In this document: positions 8,431 to 17,006 of the stretch, one piece after another
Layout of the letters: each line of letters opens with the position of its first letter
Position numbering within the stretch: the stretch's first letter is position 1
The notes under the pieces: generated by a model
What the model was told of the DNA's origin: nothing
The model's database searches: none
The model's input: only the letters and a program-made list of their open reading frames with translations
Made by a program: the position numbers and the translations under genes
DNA from: an uncultured Bacteroidales bacterium
GTDB lineage: Bacteria; Bacteroidota; Bacteroidia; Bacteroidales; FEN-979
Direction: 5' to 3'
DNA length: 64,000 bases
Assembly: GCA_903916595.1 (NCBI GenBank)
Contig: CAIWXI010000049.1
Coordinates: 23,396-87,395 of the forward strand

Positions 8431-8439
8431 TATCAGATA
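8424..8439. repeat. perfect 16-nt palindrome TATCTGATATCAGATA overlapping the lnt stop
   Basis: Read directly. Same GATATCA unit family. Confidence 0.85.
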
Positions 8440-8455
8440 TAGAAAACCTAAAACT

Positions 8456-9454
8456 ATGAAAAATATTCTTCTCATTTCAATATTCGCGCTGAGTCTGGTT
8501 TGCTGCAATAATCCGTCTCAACGGGGCAAATCGGCGGCTGCAGACTCGGCGGCATCGGCCACGCCCAGGGTTGACGTGCCTTCGTTCAACAAAGATTCGG
8601 CTTATGCTTATGTTGTTGCGCAGCTTGCTTTCGGCCCCAGGGTTCCGGGTTCGCCTGCGCATGAAAAATGCGCTGAATACATCACAACGAAGCTTCAGTC
8701 ATGGTGCAAGGATGTGATCGTTCAGAAATGCAGGATGGCTGCATATAACGGTAAGATGCTGGATGGGAAGAACATCATCGCCTCCTGGAAACCCGAATTA
8801 AAAAACCGTATCGTCCTTTGCTCGCATTGGGAGTCAAGGCCCTGGGCCGATCATGATCCGGATCCGAAGCTGCGCCGCCAGCCTGTGGATGCCGCCAACG
8901 ACGGCGCCAGCGGGGTGGGTATTCTGATGGAAGCCGCCAGACAGTTCAGCATCAAAGAACCCACGATCGGTATCGATATTGTATTGTTTGACCTGGAAGA
9001 TTATGGTCCTCCCCAGGATGTAAGCCAGGGTGACGATAAATGGTGGGGGCTGGGATCACAGTACTGGGCCCAGAACCCGCATAAACAGGGGTATTCGGCA
9101 AGATATGGCATCCTTCTCGATATGGTCGGCGCCCAGGGTGCGACCTTCCTGCTTGAAGGCTTTTCACAGCAGAATGCAGGGGATATCCAGCAAAAGATCT
9201 GGGATACCGGCAACCGTATAGGCTATTCATCGTTCTTCCTCTACGAAAAAGGAGGTTTTGTGACCGACGACCATATTTTCATCATGAAGTACATGAACAT
9301 CCCTGTGGTTGACCTGATTCAACTTGACAAGAGCACCGAGTCGGGATTTAATTCTACATGGCATACCACCCACGACAATCTCGCTTCCATCGATGCAAAC
9401 ACACTTAAGGCTGTAGGTCAGACGGTGCTTACAGTAGTTTACGAAGAAGAGTAA
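8456..9454 (+). CDS. M28-family metallopeptidase fold, glutaminyl-cyclase-like lipoprotein
   Basis: Lipobox LSLVC-C. HWESRPWADHD, DGASGVGILME and VLFDLEDYG are metal-ligand contexts typical of M28 and type II glutaminyl cyclases of Bacteroidota. Confidence 0.7.
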   Translation: MKNILLISIFALSLVCCNNPSQRGKSAAADSAASATPRVDVPSFNKDSAYAYVVAQLAFGPRVPGSPAHEKCAEYITTKLQSWCKDVIVQKCRMAAYNGKMLDGKNIIASWKPELKNRIVLCSHWESRPWADHDPDPKLRRQPVDAANDGASGVGILMEAARQFSIKEPTIGIDIVLFDLEDYGPPQDVSQGDDKWWGLGSQYWAQNPHKQGYSARYGILLDMVGAQGATFLLEGFSQQNAGDIQQKIWDTGNRIGYSSFFLYEKGGFVTDDHIFIMKYMNIPVVDLIQLDKSTESGFNSTWHTTHDNLASIDANTLKAVGQTVLTVVYEEE

Positions 9455-9458
9455 TTTA

Positions 9459-9782
9459 CTTCTGCTCTTACTTTGCAGCTCTCAGCTACGGAACTATTAC
9501 GACCCACCATCGGCTTGCTTCCTAAGCCAGGTCAGCCGTTCGGTACTATGTTTGTCTCTTTTATAATGGGATAACCACTTAGTGAAGTCTAATTGAAGCG
9601 AAACATCTCACACAAGCTGCCTTGGGTGTTAAGGAGCGAATTACCCTTTAGAGTAAAATCTGGTAAATCATTCATGAGTGACGCAAACACCCCAGCAGCG
9701 GTGTGAGGATGTGAGCTAATGTAGGTCGCAGTAGTTTCGTAGCTGAGGGGTGCAGGGTCAGCGATGAAGCAGTAATGCAGAG
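9459..9782 (+). ncRNA. orphan highly structured element: candidate ncRNA, or alternatively a MITE-like element with ~24-bp terminal inverted repeats
   Basis: No ORF, lying between two convergent stops. 9481-9504 pairs with 9724-9747 (24 positions: 21 Watson-Crick, 2 G-U, 1 A-C mismatch on the + strand). A nested helix pairs 9604-9630 with 9686-9711, and there is a small hairpin GGCTT-GCTTCCT-AAGCC at ~9512-9528. Strand was assigned only from the G-U count. Confidence 0.4.
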
Positions 9783-9791
9783 ATGCCAGCG

Positions 9792-11150
9792 CTAAAGCAG
9801 CTCATTCGCAAGATTCGCGAGATCGGAGCGTTCGCCTTTCTCGAGCTTAATATGAGCATACAGGGGATGATGCTTGATCTTGTCGATGAGCGTCGACAGC
9901 CCGTTCGACTGTGCATCGAGATAAGGCGTATCGATCTGGTGGATATCGCCCGTGAAAATGATCTTGGTGTTTTCCCCGGCCCGGGTAATGATGGTCTTGA
10001 TCTCGTGAGGCGTCAGGTTCTGGGCCTCATCCACGATAAAGCATACGTTTGAAATACTTCGTCCGCGGATATACGCCAGGGGCGTGATTACCAGCTTTTC
10101 TGTTTCCACCGCTTCCTGTATCACCTTGTATTCCTTGTCTCTCTCGTTGTATTGGTTTTGAATGAATTTGAGGTTATCCCAGAGCGGCTGCATGTAAGGA
10201 TCGAGTTTCGATTTGATATCGCCGGGAAGGTAGCCGATATCTTTATTGCTTAAAGGAACGATCGGACGGGCCAGGTAGATCTGCTTGAAATTCTTTTTCT
10301 GCTCAAGGGCCCCGGATAATGCGAGTAAGGTCTTACCCGTACCTGCGATACCCTGTAATGTCACGAGTTTCACATCGGGATTCAGAATGGCATGAAATGC
10401 AAAAACCTGCTCGGCATTGCGGGGAGTGATCTTGAAACAGGAATGTTTTTCAATCTTTTCAATCCGTTCGGTAGCCGGGTTGAAGAAAGCAAGCACAGAG
10501 CTCTTCCCGTTCTTCAGAATATAATAATGATTAGGTACCGGTTTTTTCACTCCTATATCCTCGGGTAAACAAAATCCGGTTTCATACATCAGGTCGATGA
10601 TGGTCTTGTCGAGGCCGTCTACAAAGGTTTTCCCTGCATACAGTCCTTCCACATCCTTGACTTTGCCTGTAAGAAAATCCTCTGCCGCGATATTCAGGGC
10701 TTTGGCTTTCAGTCGCAGGTTGATATCTTTAGACACCAGGACCACCTTCTTTCCCGGGTTTTCCTGCATCATCATCAAGGCCGCGTTGAGGATCCAGTGG
10801 TCGGGTTTATTTTCACCAAACACCGTATTAGTGTCGAGATCGCTGTGCTCGTTCATCACTACCTTGAACTTGCCGCCTTTGCTTCCGCCCAGCGAAATCC
10901 ATTTGGTGAGGGTCGATCGTGCCGACAATTTATCCATTATGCGGATGAACTCCCTGGCTTCGAAATTGATGGTGTCGTTGCCTTTCTTGAAATCGTCGAG
11001 TTCCTCAAGCACCGTGATGGGGATCGCCACATCGTTGTCTTCAAAACTACTGATCGCGTCATGGTTATAAAGGATAACTGAGGTATCCAACACGAAGATC
11101 TTCTTGTTTGCTGATTTCTTTTTTATCATGGAAGATGTTTTGACTGGCAT
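9792..11150 (-). CDS. PIN-domain plus PhoH-like ATPase (YlaK-type)
   Basis: N-terminal PIN domain (FVLDTSVILYN...LEELD), Walker A GIAGTGKT and Walker B-like FIVDEAQNLT. Confidence 0.85.
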   Translation of the reverse strand: MPVKTSSMIKKKSANKKIFVLDTSVILYNHDAISSFEDNDVAIPITVLEELDDFKKGNDTINFEAREFIRIMDKLSARSTLTKWISLGGSKGGKFKVVMNEHSDLDTNTVFGENKPDHWILNAALMMMQENPGKKVVLVSKDINLRLKAKALNIAAEDFLTGKVKDVEGLYAGKTFVDGLDKTIIDLMYETGFCLPEDIGVKKPVPNHYYILKNGKSSVLAFFNPATERIEKIEKHSCFKITPRNAEQVFAFHAILNPDVKLVTLQGIAGTGKTLLALSGALEQKKNFKQIYLARPIVPLSNKDIGYLPGDIKSKLDPYMQPLWDNLKFIQNQYNERDKEYKVIQEAVETEKLVITPLAYIRGRSISNVCFIVDEAQNLTPHEIKTIITRAGENTKIIFTGDIHQIDTPYLDAQSNGLSTLIDKIKHHPLYAHIKLEKGERSDLANLANELL

Positions 11151-11241
11151 AAAAGTATGTGTTTAAACAGGGTGTTACGACATCCGCCGAAAGAAAATAT
11201 AAACAAGATTTTGTTGGGAAATATTTTATCCCTATTTCCAT

Positions 11242-11249
11242 TATCTTTG
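11242..11249 (+). promoter_or_regulatory. -7 box TAtcTTTG for polA
   Basis: 15 nt upstream of the in-frame TTG 11265. Confidence 0.5.
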
Positions 11250-11264
11250 CATAAAACCACTAAC

Positions 11265-14159
11265 TTGCCAGAAAACAAACTCTTCCTCCTCGATGCAATG
11301 GCCCTGATCTACCGGGCCTACTACGCGTTCAAGAACAACCCCAGGGTGAGTTCCAAAGGAGTAAACACCTCTGCTGCTTTCGGATTTGCCAATACTCTTT
11401 TTGATGTACTGCGGAAGGAAAAGCCCACGCATATAGGTGTTGCCTTTGATACCATCGCACCTACCGTGCGCCACGAAGGGTACGAATTGTACAAAGCTCA
11501 CCGACAGGAAACCCCGGAAGATATAATTTTATCAATTCCTCTTATTCACGAACTTCTTCACGCTTTTAGAATTCCCGTTCTTTTTGTTGATGGCTTTGAG
11601 GCGGATGACGTAATTGGTACCCTCGCCAGGCAGGCTGAAACTGCGGGATGGACTACTTATATGATGACTTCGGATAAGGACTTCGGACAACTTGTAAGTG
11701 CTACCACCCTGATTTACAAGCCCGGAAAGTTCGGCGGAGATGTTGAGATCATGGGCGTGAAGGAAGTCTGCGAGAAGTTCGGGATCAGCAATCCGCTTCA
11801 GGTCATCGATATGCTTGGTTTATGGGGAGATGCGTCGGATAATATACCTGGTATTCCCGGCGTGGGCGAAGTCACGGCCCGCAAACTCCTGGCCGAATTC
11901 GGCTCGGTGGAAAATCTTGTTGAACACCCAGAGAAGGTTGCCAACGAAAAACTGCGTCAGAAAGTTATTGAATTCAAAGATCAGGCCCTGATGTCGAAAA
12001 GCCTGGCAACTATCATTCTTGATGTTCCCATCGCCTTCGAACCGGATAAACTGGTCGTGGAAGCACCCGATGAGCTGCGGCTGAAAAGGTTGTTTGATGA
12101 ACTAGAGTTTCGGGCGCTCGGGGAACGTGTTTTCAAATGGGCGGCAGGGATGCAGGATCCAGGATCCAGGATCCAGGATGCAGGATCCAAAATCTTACAT
12201 CCCGCATCTGACATCCCGGACCTTTTCTCCGACCTTGAATCTGCTTCCCCAATCCCTAATCCCCAGTACCCAGTCACCCAGTCACCCAGTCATCCTGCAT
12301 CCAGCATCCTGGATCACGACTCACGGATCACGGATCACGACTCACTTGCCACGATCTCTGACACTCCCCACACCTATGTTCTTGTCAACACACAGGAAGC
12401 CCGCCTTGACCTCATCCGCAGTCTTAAGAAATCAAAAACATTCTGCTTTGACACGGAAACTACGGGAATTGACCCTAACAACTCGGAACTGGTAGGGATG
12501 TCGTTTTCGGTGAAGCCGCATGAGGCATATTATATTCCTCTCCCCGAGAACTACCATGAGACTGAACTTATCGTCCAGGAGTTCAAGGATGTACTTGAAG
12601 ATCCCAAGATCGAAAAAGTGGGACAGAACATGAAGTTCGACATTGCGATCCTGAAATGGTACGGCATCGATGTTAAGGTTCCCATGTTCGACACTATGCT
12701 GGCGCATTACCTTTTGCAGCCCGACATGAGGCATAATATGGATTTCCTCTCGGAGATCTATCTGAAATACAAGCCGGTACCTATTGAATCCCTCATAGGA
12801 AAAAAGGGCGCGGGCCAGCTTAGCATGCGCACGGTTGATACTGATACAATTAAAGAATATGCTGCGGAGGATGCTGATGTGACTCTTCAGCTGAAAAATG
12901 TGTTCGAGCCTTTGCTGGCTGATAGTGATACCCGTAAACTGTTCGACGAGATAGAGATTCCGCTCATTCCTGTTCTTGCTTCTATGGAAAAGGAAGGTGT
13001 GCGGATAGATTCTTCGGTTTTGAACGAATATTCGGTGGAGCTTGAAAAAGAAGTACTTATAATTAAGGAAGAGATTTTCAGGGAAGCCGGAACAACGTTT
13101 AACATCTCTTCTCCAAAACAGCTGGGCGAAATCCTTTACGAACGGCTGAAGATCGTTGAAAAGCCCAGGCAGACCAAGACCAAGCAGAATTCAACGAGCG
13201 AAGATGTGCTGACTAAGCTTGAAGCAAAACATCCGATCATCAGCAAAATATTGGAATACCGGTCTTTGGCAAAATTGAAGTCGACGTATGTGGATGTGCT
13301 TCCATTGTTGGTAAGCCCCCGTGATAATCGCATTCATACATCGTATAACCAGGCGGTTGCGGCTACAGGCAGACTGAGCTCCAATAATCCAAACCTTCAG
13401 AACATCCCTATCCGCACAGAGAAAGGGCGTGAAATCCGCAAAGCGTTTGTGCCCAGGAATGATAATTATATCTTGCTGAGCGCCGACTATTCCCAGATCG
13501 AACTTCGCATCATCGCATCGATGAGCGGGGATAAAAACATGATGGAGGCCTTTAAAAATGGCGAGGACATCCACCAGGCGACGGCTGCCAAGATTTACGG
13601 CATGAAGCTTTCTGAGGTGAGCAAGGACATGCGCAGGAATGCCAAAATGGTGAACTTCGGGATTATATACGGAATTTCAGCATTTGGTTTGTCAGAACGT
13701 TCAGGCATGTCGCGAAAAGAAGCTGCGGATGTGATAAAACAGTACTTTGAACAATACCCCGGGATCAGGGAGTATATGGATAATACCATCGCTTTTGCCC
13801 GGGCTAACGGTTTTGTGGAAACCCTTATGAAACGCAGGCGTTACCTTAGGGATATCCATTCGGGCAATGCCAACGTTCGCGGATTTGCCGAACGAAACGC
13901 CATCAATGCACCGGTTCAGGGTACAGCGGCCGATATGATAAAGATTGCCATGATCAGGATTTTTCATAAGTTTGAAGAGCAAAAACTAAGGTCGCGGATG
14001 ATATTGCAGGTTCACGACGAACTTGTGTTTGATGTGCATAATTCTGAAGTTGAAGAAGTTAAAAATATAATTGAAATTGGAATGAAGAACGCGTTGCTGC
14101 TGGATGTACCTGTTGAGATTGACATGAATACAGGAGCGAACTGGTTGCTGGCGCATTAG
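11265..14159 (+). CDS. polA: DNA polymerase I; the inter-domain linker is built from heptamer/octamer repeat DNA
   Basis: 5' nuclease (KLFLLDAMALIYRAYYAF), 3'-5' exonuclease (FCFDTETTG), polymerase motifs A (LLSADYSQIELRI), B (RRNAKMVNFGIIYG) and C (QVHDELVF). Start proposed at the in-frame TTG 11265, 15 nt after a TAtcTTTG box. The track ATG at 11157 would leave only 6 nt for the divergent phoH-like promoter. Confidence 0.85.
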   Translation: MPENKLFLLDAMALIYRAYYAFKNNPRVSSKGVNTSAAFGFANTLFDVLRKEKPTHIGVAFDTIAPTVRHEGYELYKAHRQETPEDIILSIPLIHELLHAFRIPVLFVDGFEADDVIGTLARQAETAGWTTYMMTSDKDFGQLVSATTLIYKPGKFGGDVEIMGVKEVCEKFGISNPLQVIDMLGLWGDASDNIPGIPGVGEVTARKLLAEFGSVENLVEHPEKVANEKLRQKVIEFKDQALMSKSLATIILDVPIAFEPDKLVVEAPDELRLKRLFDELEFRALGERVFKWAAGMQDPGSRIQDAGSKILHPASDIPDLFSDLESASPIPNPQYPVTQSPSHPASSILDHDSRITDHDSLATISDTPHTYVLVNTQEARLDLIRSLKKSKTFCFDTETTGIDPNNSELVGMSFSVKPHEAYYIPLPENYHETELIVQEFKDVLEDPKIEKVGQNMKFDIAILKWYGIDVKVPMFDTMLAHYLLQPDMRHNMDFLSEIYLKYKPVPIESLIGKKGAGQLSMRTVDTDTIKEYAAEDADVTLQLKNVFEPLLADSDTRKLFDEIEIPLIPVLASMEKEGVRIDSSVLNEYSVELEKEVLIIKEEIFREAGTTFNISSPKQLGEILYERLKIVEKPRQTKTKQNSTSEDVLTKLEAKHPIISKILEYRSLAKLKSTYVDVLPLLVSPRDNRIHTSYNQAVAATGRLSSNNPNLQNIPIRTEKGREIRKAFVPRNDNYILLSADYSQIELRIIASMSGDKNMMEAFKNGEDIHQATAAKIYGMKLSEVSKDMRRNAKMVNFGIIYGISAFGLSERSGMSRKEAADVIKQYFEQYPGIREYMDNTIAFARANGFVETLMKRRRYLRDIHSGNANVRGFAERNAINAPVQGTAADMIKIAMIRIFHKFEEQKLRSRMILQVHDELVFDVHNSEVEEVKNIIEIGMKNALLLDVPVEIDMNTGANWLLAH
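12145..12218. repeat. about 10 phased heptamers: CAGGGAT GCAGGAT CCAGGAT x3 GCAGGAT, then polarity flip CTTACAT CCCGCAT CTGACAT; in frame in polA
   Basis: Read directly. Confidence 0.9.
12262..12345. repeat. mixed array: CCCAGTA (CCCAGTCA)x3 TCCTGCA TCCAGCA TCCTGGA TCACGAC TCACGGA TCACGGA TCACGAC; in frame in polA
   Basis: Read directly. Confidence 0.9.
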
Positions 14160-14288
14160 AAATGGTGAAATGGTGAAATGGTGAGAATTAATTGTAGAAA
14201 ATAAATGTAGGAATTTAATCTTCTTTTTATTTCACCATTTCACCATTTCACCATTTCACCATTTCACCATTTCACCATTTCACCATTT
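14160..14288. repeat. (AAATGGTG)x3 - 44-nt AT-rich spacer - (ATTTCACC)x7.5: unequal inverted octamer arrays
   Basis: Read directly. The left arm starts 1 nt after the polA stop and the right arm ends 12 nt before the ROK ATG. Confidence 0.95.
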
Positions 14289-14300
14289 AATAATACCCCC

Positions 14301-15398
14301 ATGACCTACACCACCGACAAACGCATCGTCATGACCCTCGACGCAGGGGGCACCAACCTGGTATTTTCCGCCGTTCAGGCTGTAAAAGAGATCATTGACC
14401 CGATTACTCTTCCGGCCAGGGCCAATTCCCTGGAGGATATTCTGAAATCGATTATCAAGGGATTCCAGCTTGTGCAGAGCATGTTGCCGGAAAAAGCTTC
14501 GGCGATCTGCTTTGCCTTTCCCGGACCGGCCGATTATGAGAACGGGATCATCGGCGAACTGCAGAACCTGCCGTTTTTCAGGGGAGGCGTTGCCCTTGGA
14601 CCTATGCTTCGGGAACAATTTGCCATGCCGGTTTTTATTCTCAACGACGGTGATCTGTTTGCCTATGGGGAGGCGATGTTCGGACTGCTTCCGCAGATCA
14701 ATGCGAAGCTCAGGGCTTCGGGGAATCCGAAAGAATATAAAAATCTGCTGGGTGTTACTTTCGGGACCGGCTTCGGGGGCGGGATTGTGACGCGTAATGG
14801 ATTGCTTTTTGGTGATAACTCTGCCGGCGGTGAGATCAACCGTTCCCGCAACCGTACTTTTAAAAACTGGGATGCGGAAGAAAGTGTAAGCATCAGGGGG
14901 CTTAAACGGGAGTATGCAAACAATTGCGGTTTGAATATTGGTTCCGTACCTGAACCTAAGGAGATTTTCGCAATAGGCATGGGGCAGAAACCGGGTCATA
15001 AAGAGGCAGCTGTCAATGCCTTCCTCTCTTTTGCAATTGACGCTGCCGACACAATAGCAAATGCGATAACACTTGTTGACGGGCTTGTGGTTATCGGGGG
15101 TGGCTTATCAGGGGCTTATCCCTTGTTTCTTCCCAAACTTGTTGAGGAGATGAACCTGCCTTTTGCCACGATGAGCGGACATCCCCTGCCCCGTCTTGAA
15201 ACAGAAGTTTATAACCTCGAAGATCAGGAAGAACTGAAGAAATTCCTGATTTCAGGCTCCGGCAGGATACAGGTTCCTTTCTCTGAAACAACGGTGCAAT
15301 ATGACCCCGGAAAGAAAATCGGAGTAGGGATATCAAGGCTCGGAACTTCAGCCGCTGTTTCTCTCGGGGCTTACGCATTTGCACTTTCCCGCCTATAA
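14301..15398 (+). CDS. ROK family protein (sugar kinase-like)
   Basis: N-terminal ATP-binding motif MTLDAGGTN, a second phosphate motif region GTGFGGGIV, ~365 aa. Confidence 0.7.
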   Translation: MTYTTDKRIVMTLDAGGTNLVFSAVQAVKEIIDPITLPARANSLEDILKSIIKGFQLVQSMLPEKASAICFAFPGPADYENGIIGELQNLPFFRGGVALGPMLREQFAMPVFILNDGDLFAYGEAMFGLLPQINAKLRASGNPKEYKNLLGVTFGTGFGGGIVTRNGLLFGDNSAGGEINRSRNRTFKNWDAEESVSIRGLKREYANNCGLNIGSVPEPKEIFAIGMGQKPGHKEAAVNAFLSFAIDAADTIANAITLVDGLVVIGGGLSGAYPLFLPKLVEEMNLPFATMSGHPLPRLETEVYNLEDQEELKKFLISGSGRIQVPFSETTVQYDPGKKIGVGISRLGTSAAVSLGAYAFALSRL

Positions 15399-15548
15399 GC
15401 AGACAAGATTAATGCCTTCATTAATCTGCTATCAGAAAGGGCGCTTACCTAACCTTTCTATTACATTGGCTTGATTATCATTCTATTAATTTTTCAATAA
15501 AAATTATTTATTTTTTTCATCCCATTGTTTTTCGGTTAAATTATCAAT

Positions 15549-15556
15549 TATCTTTG
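15549..15556 (+). promoter_or_regulatory. -7 box TAtcTTTG for the T9SS-cargo operon
   Basis: 47 nt upstream of ATG 15604, in an AT-rich 200-nt spacer. Confidence 0.55.
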
Positions 15557-15603
15557 TGCTGTAAAAAAATTATAATCTGATTACTAACTAAACAGGATCT
15601 AAT

Positions 15604-16890
15604 ATGAAAAAAGTACTTTTTACTATTGTTCTTTTGCTTGCACTGAGTTCAGTTTTTGCCCAGAAAACACCAAGGGTTATGGTTGCAACAGAAGATGGAA
15701 CAGGCACGTGGTGCACATACTGCCCCGGTGCTGCCATGGGTTGTGATGACCTGCTTTCCAATGGAAAATTCGTTGGTGTTATTGCAAACCATAATGGCGA
15801 TGCATATGCCAACACGTATTCCAACTTCAGAAATACCATGTGGGGTATCAATGGTTTTCCCACAGTAACATTTGATGGTGTGAGGGGATCTGTAGGTGGT
15901 AACCACAGCACTTCGATGTACAACACTTACCTTCCGAAATACGTTGCATGTATTGCAGATTCTTCACCGGTTAAGATGCATATGGCTGTTACAAACACCG
16001 GCCTGGCTTACACTGCTGTTATTACCCTGGAAAAGCTTACCACGATCACTTCAGCCAGCAACATTCTGTTCTTTTTTGTTACCCAGTCGCACATCTCTGT
16101 GAACTGGCAGGGGCAGAACCACCTGGAGCATGTTAACCGCCTTATGTCACCCGATCAGAACGGAACTCCTGTTGACTTCAGCAGTGGCGATGTGCAGACT
16201 GTGACTCTTAATTTCACCATGAATGCTGCATGGCCCATTGCAGACTGTGAATTCATTGCATTTCTTCAAAATAAAGATGCCGGTCAGGGGTATATTGCTT
16301 CACCTGTTAAGAAATTTGCTGTTTACCAGTGTGTCAAGCAGGGAACTGTTGACCTGAATGTTGACTTCTCTCCCAACGCTACCGAAATCAACCAGGGTGA
16401 AACCGTTACTTTTACAAACAATACTTCAGGCGGTTATATTGGCGTTCCTGAAACTTATGAATGGAATTTCCCCGGTGGAACTCCTGCTACTTCACAAGAT
16501 AAAAACCCTGTGATTCTGTATGAACATGGTGGATTTTATGATGTTCAGCTCATCGTGAACCGTGGTGGCCAGATTGACACCCTCACCAGACCATCTTTTA
16601 TTGTTGTGAAGTTCCCTGTTGGCCTCAGCGAACAGGCCGGAACCCAGGTTGCTGTATCCCCCAACCCCAGCCATGGCGAATTCAAAGTAAACTTCAATGT
16701 TGCTAAATCATTTGTTGCCGACCTCAGCATCGTCAATTCAGCCGGAAGGACTGTTTACAGCGAAAGCAATGTTACGGTAAACAATAACACGAGCAAAACC
16801 ATCAGGACCAGCGGTCTTTCTGCAGGCGAGTATTTCCTCACTCTTCAGAACGGAGACTCCAAACTGGTTAAAAAGATCATCATTAATTAA
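15604..16890 (+). CDS. Omp28-related/thioredoxin-like secreted protein with a PKD domain and a T9SS C-terminal sorting domain
   Basis: Signal peptide ending VFA-QK, TWCTYCP redox-like motif, PKD (ETVTFTNNTSGG...YEWNFPGGTPATS...YDVQLIV), CTD (VSPNPSHGEFKVNF...GEYFLTLQNGDSKLVKKIIIN). Confidence 0.75.
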   Translation: MKKVLFTIVLLLALSSVFAQKTPRVMVATEDGTGTWCTYCPGAAMGCDDLLSNGKFVGVIANHNGDAYANTYSNFRNTMWGINGFPTVTFDGVRGSVGGNHSTSMYNTYLPKYVACIADSSPVKMHMAVTNTGLAYTAVITLEKLTTITSASNILFFFVTQSHISVNWQGQNHLEHVNRLMSPDQNGTPVDFSSGDVQTVTLNFTMNAAWPIADCEFIAFLQNKDAGQGYIASPVKKFAVYQCVKQGTVDLNVDFSPNATEINQGETVTFTNNTSGGYIGVPETYEWNFPGGTPATSQDKNPVILYEHGGFYDVQLIVNRGGQIDTLTRPSFIVVKFPVGLSEQAGTQVAVSPNPSHGEFKVNFNVAKSFVADLSIVNSAGRTVYSESNVTVNNNTSKTIRTSGLSAGEYFLTLQNGDSKLVKKIIIN

Positions 16891-16914
16891 TCTGAAATCA
16901 AGACTTTAATCCTG

Positions 16915-16946
16915 AGAGGCCGTCATTCTATGGCGGCCTCTTTTTA
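16915..16946 (+). terminator. intrinsic terminator after the Omp28-like gene
   Basis: AGAGGCCG-(11-nt loop)-CGGCCTCT followed by TTTT. Confidence 0.65.
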
Positions 16947-17006
16947 TAACCCCTCAAGCAACTATCAGGGCCCATTCTCTGTCTTCTTCTTACTAAAATT
17001 ACCACT

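Noticed and set aside
9459-9782. Identity as RNase P RNA, tmRNA, SRP RNA or 6S RNA.
   Set aside because: There is no GAGGAAAGTCC-type P4 sequence, no tRNA-like 3' end or ANDENYALAA-type tag frame, and no CCAGGUCAGGUCCGGAAGGAAGCAGCC-like SRP helix-8 motif (only a partial CCAGGTCAG). The length and shape do not fit the 6S RNAs I know. It is kept only as an unclassified structured element.
11157-11264. The ATG at 11157 as the polA start, which would add 36 N-terminal residues.
   Set aside because: It would leave 6 nt for the divergent phoH-like promoter, and the extension (MCLNRVLRHPPKEN…) contains a TAtcTTTG -7 box. The conserved 5'-nuclease N-terminus begins right after the in-frame TTG at 11265.
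11981-12495. ORFs 12127..12495(+) and 11981..12277(-) inside the polA repeat linker.
   Set aside because: They are open only because heptamer arrays lack stops in several frames. They are embedded in polA and have no independent signals.
14160-14288. Possible CRISPR array (also considered for 34556-34670, 1855-1933 and 36658-36713).
   Set aside because: The units are 7-8 nt and directly contiguous. There are no 25-40 nt unique spacers, no leader and no cas genes in the window. These are microsatellite-like arrays.
14280-14999. Long antisense or alternative-frame ORFs: 14280..14999(-), 17487..18245(-), 20841..21461(-), 23922..24512(-), 31179..31895(+), 7912..8508(-), 4809..5348(-), 36223..36702(-), 10597..11070(+).
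   Set aside because: Each lies wholly inside a well-supported gene on the other strand or frame. Their composition is low-complexity or Arg/Pro/Ser-rich, typical of shadow ORFs, and they show no motifs.
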